A stretch of DNA of 64,000 bases from Podarcis gaigeae (taxonomy: Eukaryota). The stretch's first letter is position 1. The number at the start of each line of letters is the position of its first letter. A model generated the notes under the pieces. The model was given only the letters and a program-made list of their open reading frames with translations. It searched no databases and was not told the origin of the DNA. This document shows positions 53,931-64,000 of the stretch, piece after piece. Where the stretch lies: NCBI GenBank assembly GCA_964106915.2, contig OZ066914.1; one strand, given 5' to 3'. A program made the position numbers and the translations under genes.

Positions 53931-54012
53931 CAGGGTTTCCAAAATTTGAGTCTCCAGCTGTTTTGGGACTACAACTCCCATCATCCCTAGCTAGCAGGAA
54001 CAGGAAACCCTG
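53931..54012. mobile_element. Internally deleted hAT-type MITE
   Basis: TIRs cagggtttcc/ggaaaccctg, with half of the gggactacaactcccatc core. Confidence 0.65.
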
Positions 54013-56779
54013 CTGTAAAGAGCTTTAGATAGGTGAGTCTGTGGGTTGCATTGCCCCCCCTCCTCATTTTTTGATGTAATTAATAAATTATTAATGGCTT
54101 TGTATTAAAACACTAGGTAATATGTGGCCTCTGTTGGAATTTTCTGTATTTTCTTAATGTTCCCCATCTGAATTTGTTGCTTTCTTAGTTCAGTATACAG
54201 TACTTATTCTTATAAGGACAGATAGTTGTGCTGGTGTCTCTTAGTATTGTAATAAACAAGAACCATTAACTTTTATGCTGGCCATTAATTTTTTTATTGC
54301 GGCTGTCCTTCATGGGCTTTTGACTGTAAGATAAGCAGAACGACTCCAGCACATAGAAAGTCAGAAGTTGTATGGATGTCATACAGAATGCTCAGTTCTA
54401 CTATGCAAGGCTTAGGAAGAAAATATCATTTTCTCTCTGACACCCAGCTGCCAATTAGAAATTGCAGGTTTTGAAACAAAAATTCCCATCCATTGTCTGT
54501 CAAGCAAGCAGAAGTGTCTAGAAAGAGCTTTTCTGCTCAAAAGCAATAAGAATTGAACTGTTACTCTGTTGTCACCTGTTTTCTCAGACCAGGAGGGATT
54601 AGGAACTGTTAAGCGAGTTTTCTACCTGGAATTGTTTGCAGTTCTTCCTCCAGCCCATATAGGTATCCCTCAATCAGTACCTGAGATGCAGGGCTCTCCA
54701 CTTAAGATCTGCCTGCAACGCCTGTGCAGAGAAGTCAAGGGAAATGTAGCATATGGTTTCTGGAATATCTTTGTATATAAAGAATGGTGAGATCCAACAG
54801 CTTTAATGTAAATTGGAGCCTGGATAAAATTAAATAAAAAAGAAAATAAGTGCCCGAGAAACATAATTCTAAGGCCATTCAGGTCAGCAAAGAAGAAAGA
54901 TTCTTGATTGGTTGGTCTGGTGCCATTGCTGGGACATTAGGGCTTTGCACAGGTCTCCAGTGGAGGAGGCAAGTGGAATTGTTACATATGCATAGTAGAA
55001 GATAAGATAAAGTTTGAATTATACAGTAGCTTCTTCTATTAGCATAGGCTATCTTAGGAATATAAATGAAGCAGACAGAAATTTTATATTAATGTACACA
55101 GTGGAAGTGATATAGCCCTGGAATCATGACTGGAAGGTTAGAAAGTATCAAAGGAGCAAGAAATCCTTAACGCCTATTTAGCATGAAGTTTTACTATTGA
55201 GCCAGTAAATTTTATTATGTACTCTGGGATTTGCTTGCTGGTGCACAATGTAGAAAGAGGCCACGGTGTATGTGTTCCACGATTTTTAATGTTTTATTTG
55301 TTGTTTTAGAGAAAGGAACTTCCTTATTCTAATCCATTTTGCCCAATGATTCACTCACAAATAGTGAAAAAGGTTTTTGTGTGTGTTTGTGGGTAGGGAA
55401 TATTCACAAATTCAGACGTTATTCAGGATTGGATGTCATTTTGGGTTAGTAATACCCACCTTTTGCAGAAGGGCATTAAATTACAGGTATTTTATCTTGT
55501 TTACTTAGTAGAGAAGTTCAGATTTTAATCAATTAGATCTTAAAATCCTGCATATTTGCTCTTTGTAAAACAGTATACAACATCTATAGGTTAAATCATA
55601 AAGACATTAGGAATCTTTTCCTCCATATTCCTCCTCTGCAGCTACTGTTACTATTCCCTCTTGGCTTGGTACTTCAAAATGTGAAGAAATAAAACTGTCA
55701 CCAAATAAATTATTCACACACTGGCCTTCGCGCATTCATATTTTTGTATAACATCACTCTAAAAACATTTACAAATTATCAGTGGTACTAAATAAACTGA
55801 CTTGTACATGGACCAGGTCCCCAGCCCTATAGATTCCTCAGAGTATTGTTCGTCACGTAGTCAGTATTTTAAAATGCTGCAGTTGTATTCCCTGTCGACA
55901 ATGACTAACCTATGCTTGTGCCAGTTGTTCATGTTGATACCTCCCTTCTCATTAGTGAATCTTCCTTAAATCAGCTAATTGGCAATCTCAGGGCAATTTC
56001 ACAAAGACTGCTCATTATATGTACTGTTCTTGAGTCCCCCCTCCCCTTCCTTAATAGTTTCACAATTAGGTCAAGGGTGTGAATCTGCCTAAAATAATCT
56101 GAAAACAGTGTAATCTTTTAATCACAGAAGTGTAGGGCCAGTGTCAGTCCCACCCTGCTGTACCTCGCATAGGGAGGGACATGTTAAGCTGCCCTGTCCC
56201 TGGCTCCAGTAGTTCTTTGGAAAAAGGAGGTGACAGCCTACACAACAGTGCATTCTGACAGCAATTTGCCTTGGGTTTGCAGGCAGTTCTGCCCCCTGGA
56301 ATTAACTCGCCCCTCTGTCCTCTAACGGTCTACAGGGGAACTCTAGAGACTTTATTCCCTTAGAAAAAATTCATACCACCTCCCTGAATTGCCTCCTTGC
56401 CTCCTTCCTTCCATATTTCTAGCCCCTTTCCCTAGAAGATAGAAGGGGGAAGTGCAACACGAATTCTACCCAATTAAGGGATTTGTGGAAGCTGGAAGCT
56501 CCCTGAAACCCCTTTGCAGAGTGTTGTTATTTCAGTCAGGATTGATTCACAGACTGGGAAATTCCAGTTGCACAATTAAAGTAGATTTGAGGTCTTGCTC
56601 AACAAACCCAGTTCCTCAGAGGATTGGGCTTTTTTGTTTTTTTAGAAAAGGAAAAGTGATGGGGGAAACGTACTGGAGGAAAATGTAGGACAATGCTTGC
56701 TTGACACAATTTTGTCTAGCCTCGCTGAAAACATATTGGGGCAGGTCTTCTGGAAGCAACCCTAGAGGTTCCTCCTGTC

Positions 56780-57015
56780 CCAAGTTTATTAGCCATTTAC
56801 TGACCAAGCTCATTCTTGGACAAGGATAGCCTGGCTAAGATGATTAATGCACTAGTAACCTCAGGTCTTGACTATTGTAACACCCTCTATTTGGGGCTGC
56901 CCTTGTGCCTGGTCCAGAAGCTCCAGCTGCTACAAAATGCTATGGCTAGATTGTCAATAAGGACAGACTGCCATCAGCACATATCTCAACTGCTTAAAAG
57001 TTTGCGCTCACTGCT
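56780..57015 (+). mobile_element. L2-type LINE fragment
   Basis: ALVTSGLDYCNTLYLGLPLCLVQKLQLLQNAMARL...HISQLLKSL. Confidence 0.8.
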
Positions 57016-57584
57016 TACCGTATTTTTTGCTCTATAAGACGCACCCCCCCCCTCCACAGTGTATCTTCAGTGTATTATAAAGTTATCCTGTTGCTTGCCC
57101 CCTGAATCTAATTAAATGAATCAGTTTAGGTATAGAGACAAACTTCCTCATTTTCTTCCACTCCCTTGGGTTTGCCTCTGTTTTAGTAGTATACCGTTTT
57201 AGTAGTGGCTGGTGCCCATTGGAACTGGGAGGGCGAAAGGCAAGGAGACCGGCAATAGGTGGCGGCAGAGACAGTGGCAGACAAAGCAAACTAATCTGAG
57301 GAAAAATTTGTTGTATTAAACTTGTGCTTAGTTGTACTTTTTTTACAACCTAGTATTCTGCCTTTCTGTATGCAGATTAATGTTTCAAGGTTGAGGATTT
57401 TGTGGTACTAAATTCTTAAATAAATGACTTTATACATTTGCAATGAATGGATGAAAATTCTAGCATTTCCACATTTTCCTCCCTCACCTCAGACCAGTCC
57501 CACTAAGATCTCTCTACAGGTCTCATGATACTAAACAAATGTGACAATATGCTAGTTAGGTTATTCTCTTTCTGTTGAAAGCAA

Positions 57585-57636
<52 letters not shown>
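57585..57636. repeat. (AAT)n microsatellite
   Basis: Direct reading. Confidence 0.95.
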
Positions 57637-57708
57637 GTGTTTTGTTCATGCACTAGAGCAGGGAAAAGTAAAGCCCCCCCAAAGGCATTAGGAAATATGA
57701 TTCTACAG

Positions 57709-57844
57709 CAGGCACCCCGAAACTATGCCCTCCAGATGTTTTGGGACTACAGTTCCCATCATCTCTGACCACTGGTTCTGTTAGCTAGGGGTGATGGGAG
57801 TTGTAGTCCCAAAACATCTGGAGGGCCAAGTCTGGGGATGCCTG
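57709..57844. mobile_element. hAT-type palindromic MITE
   Basis: Same family as 10118-10246. TSD ttctacag/ttctagag. Confidence 0.8.
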
Positions 57845-58236
57845 TTCTAGAGCCTTCAAGACCCACCAGCATTATAATTTGCACTCATGGTCTATGTAGA
57901 TGCCCCACTCTGGCCTTCAGACCTGCTGTTCAGCTACGAAGTAGGTCAGAAACTCTGCCTCCCACTTTTATCTTAGCTTCTGTCTTGCTTATTTTCTGCC
58001 CCCAGTGAGTCATCTGATAGATGTTCATTGTTAGTCTGGTTTATTGTCAAATTTGTGTCACAGAGAAAAATGGGCACCTTTCCTGCATCCATCATCCGTT
58101 TCCACAGCATAGAGCTCTGTCATAGCTGTGGGACAATTGCTTGATTTCCTTAGAAATAACTGGAGAGCTTCAGATTAAATGATGCTACTTATTGATGTTC
58201 TTTATGGACTATGTGTACTGACGGTATAGTGATAAC

Positions 58237-58385
58237 CAGTGCCTTTTTTTTCTTAAAAAAATGTTTAGGGGTACTCTCATTTTCCTACTCATATTGAAAT
58301 ACTGCAACTCAATGAGGCAAAACTTAGATTCACGAAATGTTTAGGGCTATGCCTACCACTTCGTCCACACAGAAAAAAAGCACTG
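58237..58385. mobile_element. hAT-type MITE (cagtgctttt family)
   Basis: TIRs cagtgccttttt/aaaaaagcactg. TSD gtgataac/gagataac. Near-identical to 60001-60140. Confidence 0.78.
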
Positions 58386-58593
58386 GAGATAACAAGATAT
58401 GGGAGATTTAGGACTGGTTCTTTTGTGCTAGATCTGGGGCTGATGGGAGTTGTAGTCCAAAACAGTTGGGGGACACTAGGTTGGTTAAGGCTAGTATGAA
58501 CTGTGTTATGAACTGTGTTATTAGAAGTGTATTGTTTCTTGAATGCTATTTCTTAAAACAAACGTAGCAGTTTTTAAGAAGGTTGACTCTGTA

Positions 58594-58827
58594 CAGTGGT
58601 ACCTCGGGTTACATACACTTCAGGTTCCAGATGCTTCAGGTTACAGACTCCGCTAACCCAGAAATATTACCTCGGGTTAAGAACTTTGCTTCAGGATGAG
58701 AACAGAAATCGTGCAGCGGCGGCACAGCAGCAGCAGGAGGCCCCATTAGCTAAAGTGGTGCTTCAGGTTAAGAACAGTTTCAGGTTAAGAATAGACCGCC
58801 AGAACGAATTAAGTAATTAACCCACTG
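58594..58827. mobile_element. Tigger-like MITE
   Basis: ta|cagtggtacctcgggtta ... taacccactg|ta, with repeated caggtta motifs. Right TIR partly deleted. Confidence 0.72.
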
Positions 58828-59697
58828 TAGAGGATTTTGAAATGCTTACAGTGTGCTAGCAAGGAATCAGTTTGAGTGTGACATGAACTATCCACGAGTC
58901 TCTGGCAGGCAGATTGCTTGAGGAAAAGCCACCACGCAGTTACCCTTTTTGTCCTTTTGTTTGCTAATTTTGCACATCAGGTTTTTTTCATTCACATGCC
59001 GTGATCATGTGTTAGTCCCTGTCTTTGGGTGATCAGACTTCAGTCCAACAATGCAGTTGCTAAGGGTTTGGAATACTGTGCTGAAAAAGGTTGGCACCTA
59101 GCTGAATGGTTCGCTAACGTATGTGAGACAGTATGAATATGCATTGGATGATTTTCAAGCACATCGGGCAAGTCCATTATTATTGCAGGTTATTATTGAT
59201 ATGGAAATGAATAAAGAAATAACTGGTGTGTAGTTACATCAGTTTGAAATTGCAGAGTTATACACAAATCTTCACAAAGAAGAAGCATTTCAGTATTTGT
59301 TTGGAGTACATTGTCTAATAAATTCTAGTTGTTTGTTTCCAAGTGCTTCAATCTTTGGTCTTCATTGAAGCAATCAATATATAATTTGACTTGATGACTG
59401 CCAATGTGTAACTGAATATGCATGGGTGTGTATCTGTGTAGCCACTTAGCTTGGAGATGAGTGGGAATTGATGATTTAGAATATTTTTTTCAGAACTCAG
59501 AGCATAAAGACTGAACCGATATCCTATTATGGAAGATGTACCTCTTTACTCTGGCTTTTTACACCTGATATCTATATTTTTAGGACATGCCTTATTTCTG
59601 TAATTTTAAGTTTTAAAGTGTTCTTAGTCTCATGTTTCAATTATTGCAACCCGCCTTGGGACCTTGGGGTGAAGGGCAGGTAATAAATTGTTGTAGG

Positions 59698-59698
59698 C

Positions 59699-59730
<32 letters not shown>
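59698..59730. repeat. (CAA)11 microsatellite
   Basis: Direct reading. Lies 35 nt upstream of a KIAA1549 acceptor. Confidence 0.95.
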
Positions 59731-59731
<1 letters not shown>

Positions 59732-59765
59732 ACTGGCCTCATTTAAATACTTTATTCTTCTGCAG

Positions 59766-59895
59766 GCAACAAATGAAGAACTCTGTTTACCGAAGCAGGC
59801 AGTCTTTGAACAGTCCAAGTCCAGGAGAAACTGAGATGGATCTACTTGTTACACGAGAGAGACAAAGGCGTGGTATCCGCAACAGTGGATATGAT
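59766..59895 (+). CDS. KIAA1549: KIAA1549 exon (130 nt) RQQMKNSVYRSRQSLNSPSPGETEMDLLVTRERQRRGIRNSGYD
   Basis: ttctgcag| acceptor, GAT|gtacgt donor, phase 2-0. Confidence 0.94.
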
Positions 59896-60000
59896 GTACG
59901 TGCATGCAAAATTTATTCACTACAAGTTGCATTGGAAGCGTAGCAAACATTAGAACGGTCCTAGCAAAACAATCTACCTAGTGTGAAAGTGCTTAATAGC

Positions 60001-60140
60001 CAGTGCTTTTTTTAAAAAAAAAAAAGTTTAGGGGTACTCTCATTTTCCTACTCATATTAAAATACTGCCCCTCAATGAGGCCAAACTTATATTCACAAAA
60101 TGTTTAGGGGTATGCTCCCCCCCCCCCAGAAAAAGCACTG
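60001..60140. mobile_element. hAT-type MITE (cagtgctttt family)
   Basis: TIRs cagtgctttt/aaaagcactg. Perfect 8-bp TSD ttaatagc. Confidence 0.82.
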
Positions 60141-62011
60141 TTAATAGCTACTTCCATTTTAGCAATGGCTAGAACTGATTTTATGCAATTTTGGTCTTCA
60201 GGTTTCAGGGGGTTTTTTAATCATATATTCACTTCAGTAGAAGGCATGGGAAAGGCAGTTCCTGAAGTCAAGCTTGAATAACAGCAGTTCGTTCATTTTA
60301 AACATTCACTCAGGGACATGCCCTTTCCCAAAAGCTCAAGGTGCTTACAATCTAAGTAGATTGTTGATCTGACAATACAAGGCTGCTCCTTACAATCTTG
60401 TCGAGCCTTCCACACATTTTGTTAGTATAAAGGTAAATAACAAAAAGGAAACCCAAATTCATACACAATATTTTATTGATTCTGCTGATATGATACAATT
60501 CTGCAGTCTTACCATATCAACCAAGCTTAGAACAGGCAACTGGATCCTAAAAGCCACATCATTCTTTCGTTATTTAAACCACTTTCTAGCACCTATGGTG
60601 ACAAAAACAGTCTTGGGAAAATATGTCCACCAACAGGGCCCCATCAGAAGAGCTCAGCAGCTGAAGCAAAGCATAAGGAATCTGAGGGTCCTTAAGGTTC
60701 TTTGCACCCAAGTTGTTTAGGGCTTTGTGAATTAACACCAGGCCGCATCGCAGTCAAGCCCACACTACAGTGTATTCTGTTGGCTGCAGTACAATGCTTC
60801 TTTCAAACCTAATTTCAGTGGTGGGGGAGGGATCCAGGGGACCGTGCAGATCCTGCCACTGGGTGCGTAGGTGTACCTATAGGTGCATGGTTGGTGATCC
60901 CTGGTCTTGGCCTTTTCAACGGTGGCCTACAGTGCAGCAGTTGCAAGAAAAGAAAGGTGCAAATTCTATGTTAGGGACTGAATAAAAGCAGCCCCTGCTG
61001 AATGAATACGCTATCTGCCAGATCACAAATATAGAAATCAAGGATTGTAATCCTCATGATGTATTAAATACCCTATCTATCCACTGAAATATAGTGTGCT
61101 CCTTTGCCAAGGTGAGGGAAACTATGAAACATCAAAAAAGATTCACAAGAGTACGTTTGTGATGGGATTGTCCATGTTTTGACACTGCCTGTCAGAACAA
61201 ATAAATCGTAATTTGCTGTGTAACTGGGATTATGGCCTGCTATGCTCTAGTGTGCTTCACTGCAACAGAAATTTAAAGGGACAGCCTATTTTAAATCTGT
61301 TTTTAAATTTAACTGCTTCAGGTGGAAAAGGGGCTTTTAGAAAAATTACTGATAAAATGCTTGATAGAGGCAGCTTTTCTCTGACTCACTCTTTCCTGGT
61401 AGCTGTTTCCCTTTTGTAAAAGACTGTTTTGGTATGTTGTTAGCTTCCTTTGGCTTTCCTTTTGGCAACAGCAGCATGATACAAAAGTGAAGTGAAACAA
61501 TTTTGCATTGGGAGGGGAGGTGTGTGCTTTATTTATTTATGGCTTGCATTTATATACTGCCTTTCTCCTAAGGCAGTTTACAATTTAAAATATTAATGCA
61601 AGCAAATAGTACAAAATGTTTTTAGGCCTACATGAGGAGCAGATGGCAGATGCTATTTGCAGAGCATCTTTTAATATTTAGTAGTATAAATGGATCCTTG
61701 TGCCTAGCTGAAAGACTGCTTGCATGTTTAGCCTATTTACATGTATAAAGTAATTTTCAAGTCCAGTGCTCTCCCACCAACAGCCTCTGTGCAAGCAATT
61801 CCCAGCTCCCTAAGTAGGTAACAGAAGTGGCAAACAGGTATTTTGAGTTCAATCCTCCCCACCCACAAATGAGAGTTTGCCATATGTTTGTAACTTGCCT
61901 AACATAATTTATTAAATATATACATTATCCTCTAATATTGAGCACCTCATAGTAGACTGAATGGAGTGCTGAACTGAGTTGTCAAATTAAATCACACCGT
62001 GAGTGAAAATG

Positions 62012-62051
62012 ATATATATATATATATATATATATATATGCTTTCGTAGAT

Positions 62052-62095
<44 letters not shown>
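62012..62095. repeat. (TA)n microsatellite interrupted by 18-bp PLE remnant
   Basis: Direct reading. Confidence 0.93.
62039..62056 (-). mobile_element. 18-bp terminal remnant of PLE family A inside (TA)n
   Basis: tgctttcgtagattttca is the exact reverse complement of 1846-1863. Embedded in (TA)n at 62012-62095. Confidence 0.7.
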
Positions 62096-62097
<2 letters not shown>

Positions 62098-62478
62098 CAG
62101 AACTTGCTTATAGGACTATGAAACTTTGCAGTCTGTGCTCGTGTTACACTAGCACAACTGGGGAGATGGAATGGTCCACTCACAGTGCAAATGCTGACAC
62201 AGGAAGCTGCAGAGGAGGTGTGAGAGGACAGAAATAACTTATGTACCAGTGATGGGAAGGGGTCATTCTGACTGAAATGGATCTCTAGAAGTAGAGCTGG
62301 AGAGGGAGGGAGAAGTCAAGCAAGCACTGGGAATGTTGGAGTCATTTGCCCCTCTGACTTCATTTATGACATGATTCTACAACCAATTCTCTAGCCATTC
62401 ATCAGCTGAATAACACGTGGTAAAAACAAAAAAAATTCCTTCCAGTAGCACCTTAAAGACCAACTAAGTCAGTTCTTG

Positions 62479-62516
62479 GTATGAGCTTTCGTGTGCATGC
62501 ACACTTCTTCAGATAC
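62479..62516 (-). ncRNA. Minimal type I hammerhead ribozyme motif (family B, antisense copy)
   Basis: Exact reverse complement of 62529-62566. Confidence 0.72.
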
Positions 62517-62528
62517 ACTTCTTCAGAT

Positions 62529-62566
62529 GTATCTGAAGAAGTGTGCATGCACACGAAAGCTCATAC
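62529..62566 (+). ncRNA. Minimal type I hammerhead ribozyme motif (family B, sense copy)
   Basis: Identical to the motif at 36673-36710. Confidence 0.75.
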
Positions 62567-62876
62567 CAAGAACTGACTTAGTTGGTCTTTAAGGTGCTAC
62601 TGGAAGGAATTTTTTTTGTTTTGACTATGGCAGACCAACACGGCTACCTATCTGTAACTCGAACACGTGGTAAAGACAATCATTTCATGGTTTCTGAAAT
62701 AGCTGTCCATTATGGATAGGTGGTGATAGGCCAAATGAGGTTGGTAAAGAAAATGTAACACTTTATGAAAGTCAAATATAATCACTTCTTATGACTTAGA
62801 CACAGACAGGATTTTTACTGAATTAACCCCCCACCCTTTTGCACAGTTGCCCAACTTTCTCTCTTATATCCAACAG

Positions 62877-63227
62877 ACTGAGCCTGAAATGATAGAAGAA
62901 ACAAATGTTGACCGTGTCAATGAGCCACGAAATTATAACAGAGCTCATCAAGCAAAAGGCCATTCAGAGACATCGACTCTGAGTTCCCAGCCATCCATTG
63001 ATGAAGTCAGACAACAGATGCACATGCTATTGGAAGAAGCCTTTAGTTTGGCCTCAGCAGGTCATGGAGGACAGAGCAGGCAGCAAGATGCTTACAGTTC
63101 TACACAGCAGTTGCCATACTCTGAAGTTGTGACCAGTGCTCCTGGTACCATGTCTCGACCCAGAGGAGGAATACAGTGGGTGCCTACCTATAGACCAGAA
63201 GTGTATCAGTACAGTTTGCCAAGGCCT
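62877..63227 (+). CDS. KIAA1549: KIAA1549 exon (351 nt) TEPEMIEETNVDRV...YQYSLPRP
   Basis: ccaacag| acceptor, CCT|gtaagt donor, phase 0-0. Confidence 0.95.
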
Positions 63228-64000
63228 GTAAGTGACCACTTATATGTGTTTGAACTGTTTTTGAAATGCCAGAATTTAGACTTTAGGGAGTTTCTCTTCT
63301 GGCCATCACATACTTCATGGCTTGAAGATTCTGCTGGGCTGTGTGAATGATATTCAGTTTTCATCCTCATTATCATCCTCCTCATATTAAATTTCTATAC
63401 CTCCCTTCATCCGAGGATCACAGGGCAGTTTATAGTATGAAAACACAAAAATACATAGCAAACAAAACAATATCCCCCCAAACCAGTTTAAAAGGCCCTA
63501 GATTGTTTAGTCAAAGTCCTGGGAGAAGAGAAGTGTTCTAGATTAGTTTTGAGATGAATAACCCAAGTTGGCTTTATCAAATAGAAATTAACTTACTGTA
63601 CTTAAAATAAGCAGAGTAAGAGCTTGTCCGCATATCTGCTTGTCATGTGGGTCCGATCTTCCACTTGTCCTGTGCTTTCTAGGCACAGATCTGAGTGGTT
63701 TTTTCCATTTCTCCCACTGCTTTCCCCAGTAAAAACTGCTGTTTACCTCATAATTGGAACAAATGTCAATCTGCAGAAAAACTGATTGATGCTTGCTCTG
63801 ATTCAATGGCAAGCAGCGGGTCTTCCTGGTGGAAAGCAGAAGGACAAGCGGAAGTGTGGGAGAGCCCTAAAAGTCAAGTTGGCTTTAAAAAACCAGCATT
63901 TATTAGTGACCTGCTGTGGATAGCATCCTAAACAGTAATTTAGCATTATATGAATGAGCCGCAGCTTGCCTCAGGCGTAGATTCAAAGAGGTGTTTGGAA

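Larger units (their letters stand above)
62425..62661. mobile_element. Penelope-like element pLTR fold-back insertion, family B (second copy)
   Basis: 13-bp TSD aacacgtggtaaa (62412-62424 and 62662-62674). Perfect 95-bp inverted arms at 62423-62517 and 62528-62622. Confidence 0.85.
5124..63227 (+). other. KIAA1549: KIAA1549 gene body (partial; 15 coding exons in window, first and last exons outside)
   Basis: Spliced translation matches recalled vertebrate KIAA1549 (e.g. VVKNPPNNLWIIAAVLAPIAVVTVIIIIITAVLCRKNKNDFK, KQKSDIEHYRNKLRLKAKRKGYYDFP, SETSTLSSQPSIDEVRQQMHMLLEEAFSLASAGH). All junction phases are compatible. Confidence 0.97.

Overview
AT-rich vertebrate genomic DNA, almost certainly a squamate and probably a lacertid lizard (inferred from Sauria SINEs and the repeat complement). 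The + strand carries most of KIAA1549 (UPF0606/DUF3827 single-pass membrane protein). I traced 15 consecutive coding exons from 5124 to 63227, joined with consistent intron phases (6149 nt, about 2050 codons). The first exon and the last exons lie outside the window. The introns hold L1, L2, CR1 and BovB fragments, Sauria SINEs, hAT and Tc1/mariner MITEs (one triple-nested set) and microsatellites. The most notable signals are: (1) three fold-back Penelope-like (PLE) terminal-repeat insertions carrying minimal hammerhead-ribozyme cores, from two families; (2) one of these families sits inside (TA)n tracts at two independent loci, suggesting microsatellite targeting; (3) candidate splicing features: a 24-nt in-frame microexon, a GC-AG intron, a NAGNAG acceptor, in-frame alternative acceptors (one adding polyQ) and a possible internal first exon. 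Family names come from recalled sequence similarity, not from database searches.
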